NCBI RefSeq assembly: GCF_963921235.1
Contig: NC_086097.1
Location: 123,382,001-123,446,000, forward strand
DNA: 64,000 nucleotides
Reading direction: 5' to 3'
Origin: Mobula hypostoma
Taxonomy: Eukaryota
The translations under genes were made by a program, and so were the position numbers. The notes beneath the pieces are model-generated. The model was not told the origin of the DNA. It made no database searches and saw only the letters and a program-made list of their open reading frames with translations. Positions 12,480 through 26,009 of the stretch are shown here, in pieces (positions within the stretch are counted from its first letter, which is position 1; every line of letters starts with the position of its first letter).

Positions 12480-14070
12480 CTTTAAGGATGAGGTTCATTT
12501 GTCACAAATACATCGAAACATACGGTGAAATGCATCGTTTGCACCAAATCAAATCAGCTTTGACTGTGGACTGTGCTGGGCAGCCACTCTTCCAGTGTCA
12601 GCATAACATGCCCACAACACACTAACTCTAACCATATGTCTTGGAAATGTGGGAGGAAACCAGAGCACCCAGAGGAAAGCCACGCAGTAATGGGGAGAAT
12701 GTACAAAATCTTTACAGACAGCGGCGGAAATTGAGCCCGAACGGTCATCTCTGGCGCTGTATTAGCTTTAAGCTAACTGCTACACTACCACGCTCCCATA
12801 TTCCAACAGTCCGATAACGTGGTTTTACCATGCCTTCCAGAAGACTAAAATACAGGTCTAATAACTTGTATTTTCTCGGGACCATTCCTATTTATTTACT
12901 GAGATACAGAATGGAGTGGGCCCCTCCGGCCCCTCGAGCCACGTCACCCAGCAATCCCCCAATTTAATCCCAGCCTAATCACAATTTACAATGACCAACT
13001 GACCTATCAACTGGTACGTCTTTGGACTGTGGGAGGAAGCCCACACGGTCACAGGCAGAATGTTACAAACTCCTTACAGGCAGTGGCGGGAATCGAAACC
13101 AGGTCACTTGTGCTGTAAAGTGTCATGCTAACCACTAGGCTACCGTGCCACCTTAACGTTAAGCATGGACCAAAGAGCTCAATTCCTGAGATGAGGCGTG
13201 GGTAACTCCTCTCAGCATCAAGGCAGCATTTGAAGACGTGGAGTCCAGGAGCTCTGATAAAATGAAAGACAATGATCATCAAGGTGTAAGCACTCGAATT
13301 GTGGATTCATACTTCACAACTGCCGGGCAGCATGGTACCATAGCGGTTAGCATAATGCTATTACAGCACCAGAGACCTGGGTTCAATCCCCGTCGCTGAC
13401 TATAAAGGGTTTGTATGTTCTCCCGTGACCGCTTGGGTTTCCTCCAGAGGCTCAGGTTTCCTCTCACATTCCAAAGACAGACAGGTGAGTAGGTTCATTG
13501 GTGACATGGTATAATTAAGCAGGGTGGGCTCGTTGGGCCTTAAGAGCCTGTTACTGTGCTGTATCTCTAAATAAAATTTTTTTAAAAAAGAAAGGTGGTT
13601 TTGCTAGTAGGAAATTATTCATCCAGGCCCCATTGGGTAACTCTGCATTAAGTGGGCCCAAACATCTCCAGCTGCTTCAGCAACAGCATTTCTTCTATCA
13701 TAAGGTGAACATAGCACTGTTTGCTAATGATTACACAATGGTCAGTTCTATTCACAACTCAACAAATAAAGCATTGCCTGCAAGGCTCCGACACGACAGC
13801 GTAACGGTTAGCACGATGCTATTACGGCTTAGGGAGTCAGATCGGAGATCAATCCCAGCATCCTTTGTAAGGAGACTGTATGTCCTCCACATGGAATGTG
13901 TGGACTTTCTCCGGGTGCTCCAGATTCCTCCCAAACACATACTGGTTAGTAGATTAATTGATCGTTGCAAACTGTCCCATGATTAACTCATGGTTAATCG
14001 GGGGCTATCAAGGGTTGCTGGGCAGTACAGCTCAAAGGGGCAGAAGGGCCTATTCTGTGCTGTATCTCCA
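12480..14070. mobile_element. Cluster of four HE1-type V-SINEs (12480-12795 minus, 12890-13151 minus, 13326-13575 plus, 13788-14070 plus)
   Basis: Each has a tRNA-like head and V-domain sequence. Confidence 0.85.
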
Positions 14071-15114
14071 AATCAACAATCAGGCATGGGTTGATTAAGT
14101 GACAAATAACAACCATGTCACCAAAGTACCAGGAAATAGATTACAGAATCAAACTACTACCCTTGATGTTCCTTAACATTACCAATACCCAGTCTTTCAG
14201 CATCAATAACGCCGGAGATCCTGCGGAATGCTGGAATTCCAGAGTAATACACACAAAATGCTGAAGGAACTCAGCAGGTCAGGCAGCATCTAGGGAGAGG
14301 AATAAACAGTCGACAAGACTCTTCTACCATCAATATTCCGGGGCTGAAGAGCCACACATAACCGTGGCTGTAACAGGACAACAGATAGTGTTCCAGCTCG
14401 AGGGACCTGGATTTCAAAGTTCAGGGTAAATTTATTATCATACTGTACATCACCATATACAACTCTGTGAAACATTTTCTTGCTGGTATTCACAGGAAAA
14501 TAAAAAATCATGCATAACAAAGACAAACAACGTGCAAAAGACTAATTGTGCAAATAATAATAAAATGTATATTAAATAAATAATTAAGGCTTAATGTTGG
14601 CCTTGGTGCAGTACATGTGCAACTTGCACATTCTCTCTGTCACTATGTGAGTGTTCACTTTGTCTCCCACATCCCAAAGATATGACAGAGGGTTAAACGG
14701 TTACTGTAATCACCCCTTAGTGAGAAATAAAATCACAGGGAATTTGATGGGTTTGTGAGAGAGAATATGCTGATTTGACAGTTGACAGAGGACAGTAGAT
14801 AACAACTGGCATCTTGATTTCATGCCCATGGGTAAACTGCTACTATGAGTGTGGGGTCAACACTCAAGACCCGCAGATGTCCCTTCCTCTCCCAAAGGTA
14901 AGCCCTGCCAGTGGGGTTGGACATCCCCAGGGACTGTGACGGAGGAAGCTGTCATGCCATCTATAATGTATGATTCTATCAGTACTACCATGTTGACTGC
15001 TACATGACCAATGTGTGGGAAATCTCTTCAAAGTTCAACACCAGTGGCTGATTTTTGTGAGGAGATCATTGTAAAGTCAGTTGTTCTGGGAATGATTCTT
15101 CTGTGTCCAGTTTA

Positions 15115-15510
15115 ACCATAAGACCGTAGGACACAGGAACAGAGTTCGGGTATTTGGCCTATCAAGTTTGCACAGGAACACAATTAGACCATTTGGTGCA
15201 TCAAGTCTGCATAGGAACACTATTTTGCCATTTGGCCCATCAAGTCCGCTCCAACATTCCATCACGGTTGATTCATTATCATTTTCAACCCCTTTCTCCT
15301 GCCTTCTCCCCGTAACCTTTGACACCGTTACTAATCAAGAACCTATCAACCTCCACTTTAAATATACCCAATGACTTGGCCTCCACAGTCACCTGTGGCA
15401 ATGAATTCCACAGATGCACCACCCTCTGGCTAAAAAATATCTTCCTCATCTCTGTTCTAAAGGGACATCTTTGTATTTAGAGGCTATGCCCTCTGGTCCT
15501 AGACTCTCCC
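15115..15510 (-). mobile_element. CR1 3' fragment with a triplicated 39-bp terminal segment
   Basis: CR1 3' UTR; repeat units at 15132-15170, 15171-15209 and 15210-15248. Confidence 0.8.
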
Positions 15511-15535
15511 ACAGCCACCTTAATAAATTTTATTC

Positions 15536-15973
15536 TTTATTTGAGAAATGGCATGAAAGATGAGCGGCCAATCGGTGAAATTGTATTTTCAAAGACCAGC
15601 TGTCTGCCTGGATGAAGAATCCCAGGCTCTGAGTCTGGTCCCTGGTCAATGCTGGACAATATTCTCATTCTTCATTTACCAAGGCTGCCGCATCAGGTGC
15701 TTCAGAGTCAACCACATTCCTGCCAATCTGGAGTTGCACACTGGTCAGCCCAGGGAGATATGACAGACTTCCTCCCCTACAGAACATTAGCAAGCCAAAT
15801 GTGTGAGCATGATAATCCATTCGTACTGTGGACATTAAAAATAAAATTAAAATTCCACAACTGTCACAGTGGTGAACACATGGCCCTAGATTGTTCATTC
15901 AGGCGAACAGCTGGTCATTGAAAATACAATTTCACAGGTCGGCAACCCATTTTCCATGACATTTCTCAAATAA
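15536..15973. repeat. Imperfect long inverted repeat (arms about 15536-15625 and 15885-15973)
   Basis: TATTTGAGAAATG...GTGAAATTGTATTTTCAA.GACCAGCTG in the left arm is reverse-complemented in the right arm. Confidence 0.85.
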
Positions 15974-16634
15974 GAAACATCAGTTATTGATGCCACAACT
16001 GAAAATTGTACAAAATTACATGCAGAAATAATACAAAAACAGTAATTTCTGAACTAAATGGGTTTAACAGCATTTAGCTCTATAAAAGCTGTGAAGAGAT
16101 CGCTCAAAAATGTGGACCAACAGCACAAAGAACAACATTGGAAAAGCAATAAACCAATTCTAACATGAACAGCTTGTGCATTGATACAACCCAGTCCATC
16201 ACCGGCAGAGTCCTCCCCACCACTGGGCACATCTACAAGGAGTGCTGCCACAAGAAAGCAGCATCCATCAGCAAGGACCCCACCATCCAGACATGCCCTC
16301 TTCTTGCTACTGCCATTGGGCAGGAGGTACAGGAGCCTTAGGTCCCACATCACCAGGTTCAGGGACAGTTATTACCCTTCAACCATCAAGCTCCTGAACC
16401 AACTAACTTCTCTCACCTCAACATTGAATTGATTCCACAATCTGTTGAATCACTCTTAAAGGACTCTACAACTCATGTTCTCAGGATTATTTATTTACTT
16501 ATTTATTTATAATTTTTGTATTTGCAGTTTCTCTTCTTTTACACATTGGTTATTTCTCCATCTTTGTTTATGTGTAGTTTGTCACTAATTATATTGTATC
16601 TCTTTGTGCTACAGTGAATGACTTCAAGATACAT

Positions 16635-17156
16635 GACCATGACTGCTTTATTTGGTATTATTGGAGGAAAGGATATTATTTTGGAGCCATCTGATTTGCA
16701 TATTTTGGCTTTTACGTCTCTTATAGCCAGAAGGCTGCTTTTGCTTAAATGGAAAGATATGGCCCCTCCTATTCATGCCCAATGGTTACGTGATGTGATG
16801 TCATGTTTAAACTTAGAGAAGATTCGATGTTCAATCTTTGAATCTAATCAAGACTTTCAAACATTGTGGGGACTCGTTCTGAATTATTTTCAAAATCTTT
16901 GAATTTGCTGTCAAAGCACAGATGATGACTAACAATCTTTTTTCTTTTTTCTCTATTAATCAGCTTCGGTCTTGGCAGTGGGTTAAATTTTTTTTTAATA
17001 TAAAAAAATTATTATTTTTCAATGTTACGAACTAATTGATTTGTACAAATATAGGGTAATTTATATGCGATTTAGTTTAATATATTGACATATATATTTT
17101 TTCCTGTACTCTGTATTCTTATATATAAATTAATAAAAATATTGAAGAAGAAAAAA
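16635..17156 (+). mobile_element. L1-clade LINE 3' fragment
   Basis: TALFG...LIARRLLLLKWK...PP...W...LNLEKIR...F...W motif of fish-type L1 ORF2; T-rich UTR, AATAAA and A-rich tail. Confidence 0.85.
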
Positions 17157-18774
17157 TTTAAATGACCATAAGATCATTAGACATAGGAGCAGAATTAGAC
17201 CATTTGGCCCACCGAGTCTGCTCCGCCATTCCATCATGGCTGATCCCACTCCACCCCATACCCTTGCCTTCTCGCCATATCCTTTGATGCCCTGACCGAT
17301 CAGGTAATGATCAACTTCCGCCTTAAATATACACACAGACTTGGTCTTCACTGCAGTCTGTGGCAAAACATTCCACAGATTCACTACTCTCTGGTCAAAA
17401 TAAAACTTCTCCTTACCTCTGCTCTAAGGTGTTGCCCCTCAATTATGAGACTGTGCCCTCTAGTTCTGGATACCCCCGCCATAGGAAACATCCTCTCCAC
17501 ATCCACCCTGCTGAGTCCTTTCAACATTCGGTAGGTTTCAATGAGATCCGCACACGTTCTCGTATGAATCTCAAGGTAGTATATGGTGACATATACTGTA
17601 CATACCTTGATAAAAAATGTTGATTATCATATACTTTGATAATAAATAAATTTGCTGTACTTTTGAAAAGTAAAGAAACCCAATCTACGGAGTGAAAATT
17701 CTTTCTTAATGCATGCATTACTAAACGACAATTAAAGAGGACTGCGTGTCCTCATAACCTAACCTAATCTAAAAATTACACTGATCAACAACTATGAAAA
17801 AGAACAGCCATGTTATAGCTATGCTTCTGTTAGTTCCCACCATTCCCAGACATGAAGATGATTCCATGGATCCTGAACTAGCTGTGCACCTCTCAGTTGG
17901 CTCCCTTATATCTTGTCTACAACAGAATTTCAAATCGATTCTATCTTCACCGATGCTTTGAATCACCACGGCTATTACTGTACTGATCACATTGATAAAC
18001 CCCCTGAATATCCCAGGACACAATACTTCTTGAAGCTAATTGCTAAATGTACATGATCACTAACACTGCCAGTTCATTGTGTACAGCGGCTGGGATTGCA
18101 TCGTAATATGTTGACTTCAACATGTCTGCGCCGTGTGCACTCTTCAGCAGGTTCACTGTGGTTCTCAGTAATGGATTTGAATCTTCCTACCTGTACCTGT
18201 GGGGTGTAACTAGAAACAGCACAGTAGAATAACCACTGGCACAGCACCAGCAATCACCGATCCACCGTGAGTTTTTACATTCTCCCGGTGACCAGGTGGG
18301 ATTTCCGCACACATTCCAAGTGTGTACGGTTAGGGTTAGGGAGTTGTGAGCATACTATGCTGGAGCCAGAAGTGTGGTAACGCTGCACTGCTCAGCACCA
18401 TCCTCACTGCTTCAATGCAAACAACACACTTCGCTGTATGTTTCGATGTTTCAATGTACATGTGACACATGTGACAAATAAAGATCATCTTTAGCTTGAT
18501 CACCTTTTTCATAGGGCTACCATAATCACTCAAAGTATGATATAAAACGATTCACTAAAACTGATGAAATCTTCACTGACTGCATCGCCCAGCTTCATAT
18601 AAAGATTACATATCTATAGTATATTTAAATATCCTTTTTTGTAAAAATATTGTCAAGCAATGAATAAACACTCTTATCACACTCTGCCCTTTCACACTCC
18701 TTTGTGCGTGGAGGTTTTTTTTAACCGTCAGAGATTTGCTTATAAAACTCGTGCCAGATTTACTCTGTAGCTCA

Positions 18775-20215
18775 TCCTATCAGGGCGTGTAACGACAGAT
18801 GCAATCTGGGGTATGTTGAATTGTTACTTTTCTGGTAGTTTAACGTTCCTAAGCTTGCTACCACCCAGTGGCCCTGACCTCCACCATTATGAAGTGCTTG
18901 AAGAGGCTGGTCATGGCACACATTAACTCCAGCCTCCCAGACAAGCGCAACCCAATATAATTCAATGTTCCAAAATGGTGGTGCGCCCAGTCGCAGCAGC
19001 CACTCTGGCTCCAACTAATGATGTAACAGTTCATCCTTTATGAACACAAGACACCACTGGACATCAAGAACAACGGGTACTGCAGGTCTACCTCACTGGC
19101 GAGTGCCTGGATAGCAGAGGAGCAGAGCAGCATGGGTTTATTGAGAACCGTTTCGTCTCACCCAGGGAGACGGCGTCAGAAGCAGTATTCGAGGAAACGA
19201 GCTGGTATTCATGCAAGACTGAAGGTGAAACCCTGCAGATCAGCTCACCCGTCGACTCTGCTTTCAAACTTTCGACCACTGGAAAATTAACTAGATCACC
19301 TGCATCTGAGACTCAGACAAGCGGCCTCTGCGTCCTCATCCTGAATGAAACGTGCTCCAGGGTACCACCCCTGAAGCGGCCATTCAGCGAGCGGGTTTTA
19401 TCTCTTTTTGGGTGTATAGAAATTCTGTGAGCTCCGGAAAAACCCACGGAGGAGGGCTGTGTATCTACTTTTACAAGAACTGGTGAGGGATCACTTCGGT
19501 AGTAATGACCCACTGTTCATCTCTGGCGGTGTTCTCTGTCCACTTATCTGTTATGCTAAATTCCTGCTCATCAAACAAATTCAAAGGGAGATAAAGACCT
19601 GGCGAGAAGGAGCAACCTCACCATTACAGGACTGTTCTGAAAACGCAGACTGAAACACGTTCAGGGAGGTGACTACCTACAACCATCACATTAACATTGA
19701 TGAATATGCGGGATCTGTGACTGGCTATAGAGAGAAATGCATAGAGGATGCCGCTGTAATTAAACACATCTACGTGAGGGCAAATCAGAAGTCAAAGTTG
19801 ACAGCAGAGGTGCGGGCAAGGCTGAGAAATTGGGATGCTGACTTCAGACCGGGGAGATAAGATGGCTCTCAGGTCAGCAAGAGCTGCGCCTTCCCACGCC
19901 AGCAGGAAGGCAGAAGGTGATAAGTCACAGACAATATACAGCCATTTCTGTGACACTAGAGGTACGAGGCACATGTGGCAGGGCTTTCAAACCACAACAG
20001 ACTACAAGTCCGCCCTGCAGATAAATGACAGTGACACCTCGCTTCCTGATAAGCTGAATGTCTTTTACACACAGCTTGATGCATGGAACAATGCGCCAGC
20101 GAGCAAGACCTCCATTTCACCTGAGGAGCAGGCACTGTGTGGCCACAGCTGATGTGAGGAAGACCCTATACAAGGTCATCCCACGTAAAGCTGCGGGGCA
20201 CAGTAACATACCCGG
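18775..20215. mobile_element. Decayed Rex1/Babar-like LINE (5' UTR/endonuclease/linker on plus; inverted RT piece at about 18780-18950)
   Basis: LTET-W-like, GGG.C.Y, LQDC...DW, MWQG.....DYK, LPDKLN.FY and KAAG motifs in broken frames. Confidence 0.7.
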
Positions 20216-20219
20216 AAGA

Positions 20220-21510
20220 AACTAGCAGCATGCCAGAAGTTCAATAGCATTAGTGGGCAGAAGTGATTGTAATTTTCAATACCAGGGAGAAGGTGCTTGG
20301 GAAACTGAAATGTCTGAAGGTACACAAGTCATCTGGACCAGATGGTGTACACCCCAGGGTTCTGAAGGAGATAGCTGAGGAGATTGTGGAGGCATTAGTA
20401 GTGATCCTTCAAGAATCACTGGACTCTAGCAACACACATAAAAATTGCCGGTGAACGCAGAAGGTCAAACAGCAATGGACTCTAGCATGGTTCCAGAGGA
20501 GTGGAAAAGTGCAACTGTCACTCCACTCTTCAAGAAGGGAGAAAATTACAGGCCAGTTAGTCTGACCTCAGCAGTTGGGAAGATACTAGGGTCGTTAAGA
20601 ATGTGGTTTTGGGGTACTTGAGGCACATAATAAAATAGGCCATAGTCAGCATAAGGAAAGATATTGCTTGACAAATCTGTTAGAATTCTTTGAAGAAATA
20701 ACAAGCAGGATAGCCAGAGGAGAATCAACGGATTTTGCGTACTTGGATTTTGAGAAGGCCTTTGACAAGGTGCCACACATAAGGTTGCTTAACAAGTTAA
20801 CAGCCAATGGTATTTCAGGAAAGATACTAACATGGATAGAGCATTGGCTGATTGGCAGGAGTCAAAGAGTGGGAATTTCTGGTTAGCTGCCGGTGACTAG
20901 TGGTATTCCGCAGGGATCCGTACTGGGACAGCTTCTTCTCAGCTTACATGTCAATGATTTGGATGACGGAATTGATGGGTTTGTGGCCAAGTCTGCAGAC
21001 GATACGAAGATAGGTGGAGGGGCAGGTAGTGCTGAGGAAGCAGAGAGTTTGCACAAGGATCTAACGGATTAGGAAAACAGCCAAAGGAGTGGTAGATGGA
21101 ATATAGTGTAGGAAGCATATGGTCATGCACTTTGGTAAAAGGATTAAAGGCACAGACTATTTTCTAAACGGGGAGAAAATTCAAAAATCGGAGGAGGAAA
21201 GGAACTTGGGAGTCCTTATGCAGGATTCCTTACGAGTTAATTTGCAGGCTAAGTCGGTGGTAAGGAATGCAAATGCAATGTTAGCATTCATTTTGAGAGG
21301 ACGAGAATATAAGAGCAATGCCAAAGCTTTAAAAGGCATTGGTCAGACCATACGGAGTACTGTGAGCAGTTTTGTGCTCCTCATCTAAGAAAGGAGGTGC
21401 TGGCAATGGCGAGGGTCCAGAGGAGGTACAGGAGAACTATTCCGGGTGTGAGAAACGTCTGATGATTCGGGGGCAGTGATCACTGATTTTATGAAGAATG
21501 AGTGGTGATC
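20220..21510 (+). mobile_element. Decayed CR1 LINE RT region
   Basis: GPDGVHPRVLKE, TNLLEFFEE, YLDFEKAFDKVPH, PQGS, ADDT motifs with stops and frameshifts. Confidence 0.9.
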
Positions 21511-22437
21511 AACTAGTCGGCAGGCCTCAAACCCCAATGAAATAGAGAAGTGTCTGTCCCAGCATGTGAAGTCAACTCCAGCGCACTAGGCAGATGAGAT
21601 CAACAGCGAGATCCAACGGCCAAGAAAGCAATTCTGTAACGCTTCAAGGAGAGCGACGTGCATGATAAGGCACAGATGAACACATGGTTATCCACAGCAA
21701 CCAAGGAAGACCCCAGTTTGTGACAACTTCTCGAACCACTGGACCCAAACTTCCAAGGTCGAGAGAGTCAAATTGTTCCAGTTTGGTTTTTGATAGGCTG
21801 CAAATGAACAAAATTAACACAGACACCTAGTGCCTTCATAGAATGCTTTCGATTATAATTGCATCTCCAAATCTTCATTTTCATTGTGACATTCAAAATG
21901 ATTGTCAATACCTTCAAATTCTTCATAGTTCCTAACTTGTTGAAGTTGTTCTTTATAGTAAATTTTTTGATATATACATTTCTTCTATAATACATGGTAT
22001 ATTTAGGTATTGCACTGTACTGATGCTGTAGAACAACAAATCTCACAATATCTGTCATTGACGACAAACCTAATTGTGACTCTAACCTACGTTATCATGC
22101 CGCTGACTTTTTTTTACTTTTCTTACTGTTCTTCAACAAGTTAGCACTTAACTCACATAATTCTCAAAACTTCCGCCATCTCCAACAGGATCCCATCACC
22201 AAGCACATCCTTTCCTCTCCCCCGCCCACTTTCCGCTTTCCACAGAGATCGCTCCCGCCGTGACTCCCTTGTCCATCCATCCCTCGCCACTGATCTCCCT
22301 CCTGGCACTCATCCTTGCAAGTGGAACAAGTGCTACACCTGCCCCCACACCTCCTCCCTCACTACCATTGAGGGTGCCAAACTGTCCTTCCAGCTGAGGC
22401 AACACTTCACCTGTGAGACCGTTGGAGTCATCTACTG

Positions 22438-23224
22438 CAGCGGACCCCAACTACCAGGCCGCAGAGCACGTGCTACCAGGCCGCGAGGAAACGATACGAG
22501 TCAGCTGCACCTTTCCTCATTCCCTGTCACGCACTGTTGAACTTGAACATAGGGTTGCCAACTGTCTTGTATTTGCCGGGACATCCCGTATATTGGGCTA
22601 AATTGGTTTGCCCCATACAGGACCCCCCTTGTCCCGTATTTCCCCCGCTAAGGTAGAGCATTCCTATGAAACTTTTTGTGCCAAAATGGCGTAAAGCGAA
22701 GAACCAATTACCATTAATTTATATAGGAAAATATTTTGAGCATTCCCAGACCTCAAAAAAACCTACCAAATCATACCAAATAACACATAAAACCAAAAAT
22801 AAATAACACTAATATTTAGTAAAAGCTGGAATGATATGATAAATACACAGCCTATATAAAGTAGAAATAATGTATGTACAGGATAGTCCGGAAGGTGAAG
22901 GTAAAACCGATTTGTGGGGGAAAAAAAAATCGGCACGTACGCGCATTGCGCACATCACATGCACATGTCACGTATGCACACACAGGTGCCCGCGCAAGGC
23001 TTCATGGTCATGGTAGTCTTTCCAGGGGTAAAGTGTCCCGGAATTTGACTGCTACTTTTGTCCCTTATTTGGGAGTGAGAAAGTTAGCAACCCTAACTGT
23101 AAAAGACATGTTGAGGTGAGTTTAACCCTACTTGAACACCCCCCCCCGCCCCCGGTTGGCCGGTCCGCAAGAATATTGTTAATATTAAACCGGTTCATGG
23201 TGTAAAAGAGGTTGGGGTCCCCTG
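22438..23224. mobile_element. hAT-superfamily MITE (outer)
   Basis: TIRs CAGCGGACCCCAAC and GTTGGGGTCCCCTG; perfect 8-bp TSD ATCTACTG (22430-22437 and 23225-23232). Confidence 0.92.
22550..23130. mobile_element. hAT-superfamily MITE (inner, TAGGGTTGCCA-type TIR)
   Basis: Starts TAGGGTTGCCAAC, ends AACCCTA; perfect 8-bp TSD CTTGAACA (22542-22549 and 23131-23138). Confidence 0.9.
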
Positions 23225-24664
23225 ATCTACTGTATCCAGAGCTCCCGGTGTGGCCTCCTGTATATCGCTGAGACCCAACATAGATTGGAAGACCACTTCA
23301 CCGAACACCTACGCTCCATCCGCCGAAAAAAGCAGGATCACCTGGTAGCCACCCATTTCAATTCTACTTCCCATTCCCATTCCAACACATCAGTCCATGG
23401 TCTCCTCTACTGCCACAATGAGGCCACACACTTTTTTTCCAGTCCTGAAGAAGGGTCTCAGCCCAAAACGTTGACTGTTTATTCCTTTCCATTGATGCTA
23501 TCTGACCTGCTGAGTTCCTCCAGCATTTTGTGTGTGTATTGCTCGGATTTCCAGCATCTGCAAAATCTCTCATGTTTGTTGAAGTAGTAATATCATTTCA
23601 TTTTCACTCCTGGCCATTTCTGGCATCTCCAAGCCTGAAGGCTTGAAACACAGTCAGCAAAACAACTCTGAATCGTCATACTGCTTATTTCTCACCAACT
23701 ATCAGTGACAAAAATCACTGCATTTTTGAACACAACTGACATTCCAAGCACAGAGTAGTGTCTAACAGCCACACAAATTCACACGACTGAACCTCCTCAG
23801 AAACTGTTTGGCAACAGTGTCCGGTTCCAATTAAGCCACAAAGAGTCTGAAATAAATAAAGGGAATCCCGGCTATTTTCTCAATTAGATTTTGTTCTTTA
23901 AAAGTTGCCCTAAATAAGCAACTACCCTAATGAACCGATGGAACAATTAACCACACCAAATATTGATTTGATTTAGTTTTTTTACTGTTTATAGCTCTTT
24001 ATGGTAACTTCTTAAATATATACATGTATACTTCTTATTATAGCTTATGATATATTTTATGTCTTGCACTGCACTGATACTGTAGAACAGGTTTCACAAC
24101 ATTTGTTAGTGATAATAAACCAGATTTTGATTCTGACCCACATTGCTGTGCTGCCTGACTTATTTTCACTTATTTTCTTATTTTTCTTCAAAAAACAATA
24201 TGCTCGCCTGAATCACAGAAACAAGTCTACAGGGATCAGCTTAAAGAGCAATGTATGTCAACGCATACAATGGTCTCTCAGAATTACAATGGAAATCAGC
24301 CCAGCAAACATCTCCCCATCTTCCAGTGGGCTCAAACTCACATCGTTCTATGTTGACATGGATGTGGAAGAAGAACGAGCAGTGAAGTCAACATTACTGA
24401 GAAGCAGATTGGACATTACTCTTCAAACACCCGCAAACTCAAAGCTAACTACAGAAATCCAATTTAAAGATTCAGATTTACTTATCACACATAAAATCAA
24501 AACGTACAGCACGATGTGTCACTTGCACTAACAGCTAACACACCCGAGGGTGCGCTGGGAGCAGCCTGCAGGGGTTACCACACATTCTGGCACCAGCACA
24601 CCATGTCCGCAGTGCAACACAGGACACAACAAAAACAGAAAAAGATAAGTGACAAAATAACAGC

Positions 24665-25260
24665 AGAATCAGAATCAGGTTTATTATCACCGGCATGTGA
24701 CGTGAAATTTGTTAGCAGCAGCAATTCAATGCAATACATAACATAGAAGAGAAAAAAATAAATAAAAATAATAATAAATAAGTAAATCAATTATACATAT
24801 ATTGAATAGATTAAAAAAACGTGCAGAAAACAGAAATATTGTATATTAAAACAAGTGAGGTGGTGCCCAAGGGTTCAATGTCCATTTAGGAATTGGATGG
24901 CAGAGGGGAAGAAGCTGTTCCTGAATCACTGAGTGTGTGCCTTCAGGCTTCTGTACCTCCTACACAGTGAAAGGATATGCCCTGGGTGCTGGATGTCCTT
25001 AACAATGGACGCTACCTTTCTGAGACACGGCTCCCTGAAGATGTCCTGGGTACTCTGTAGGTCAGTACCCAAGATGGAGCTGACTAGATTTACAACCCTC
25101 TGCAGCTTCTTACAGTCCTGTGTAGTAGCGCACAACCACCTCCCCAATACCAAACAGTGATGCAGCCTGTCGGAATGCTCCCCACAGTACATCTATACAG
25201 GTTTTTGAATGTATTTGTTGTCATGCCAAATCTCTTCTAACTCCTAATGAAGTATAGCAG
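24665..25260 (-). mobile_element. Rex1/Babar-like LINE 3' fragment
   Basis: KKLQRVVNLVSSILG...KVASIVKD..HPGH...RRYRSLKAHT; (GATTCT)n tail. Confidence 0.75.
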
Positions 25261-26009
25261 CAAAACAGGCCCCCTTTCCTACCTCCCAAACACCTACCTA
25301 CCCACCCACCCACGCACGCACACCCATAGTCCTCCAACCCAGGGCAGGCCTCTTTTGTCGCCAGCAGACTTAGGCTTGCAGATGTTGGACCTTCGACTTC
25401 CCCAGCAGCCTCACAAAGACACCCTGCAAATATAGAAGTTTCTGATCCAGCAGCTTCTGATCGCTAGGCATTGAGTGCACAAAAGTTACGAAGATGGTTG
25501 GACTACTTCTCCATCAGGTATCTCTGAATATCATGAAAAACACCCATTTAAGTCAACATGATTTTAATGCTACCATTCTCTTAACATCTATCAAACAAAT
25601 CCATGAGTTCTGAAAATTTACATTTGCAAATATGCAGTCACACTTATTCAGATCTGAATTATGGTTTAAGATTGAAAAGAAATAAGATATAAGTTTTATT
25701 AATTCTCTTGTCCATCTCTCTTAATTCTTTCCCCCTTAATCCCGTCATTCTTCCTTTCCTATATTTAATTTTCCATCCCAGATTTTAGAACATTGAACAG
25801 TGCTGCTCAGGCCATTCATCCAAAAATGTTGTGCCGACCTTTTAACCAACTCACAGATCAATCTAACACGTCTCTCCTACATCTCGCCGCTGCGAGATGG
25901 AGTTTGTACATTAACCCCATGACCGCGTGGGTTTCCTCCGGGTGCTCCAGTTACTTCCCACAGTCCAAAGACGTACCGGTTGGTAGGTTAATTGGTCTTT
26001 GTAAACTGA

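Larger units (their letters stand above)
22150..23580 (+). mobile_element. Penelope-like fragment interrupted by nested hAT MITEs
   Basis: C..CYTC, FTCE...VIY and LYI.ET (GIY-YIG) remnants, EHLRS...VATHFNS; degenerate hammerhead at 23440-23477. Confidence 0.85.

Noticed and set aside
24064..24531. 155-aa plus-strand ORF as a nested gene
   Set aside because: Non-ATG start, begins and ends in repeat tails, no recognisable domain or splice support.
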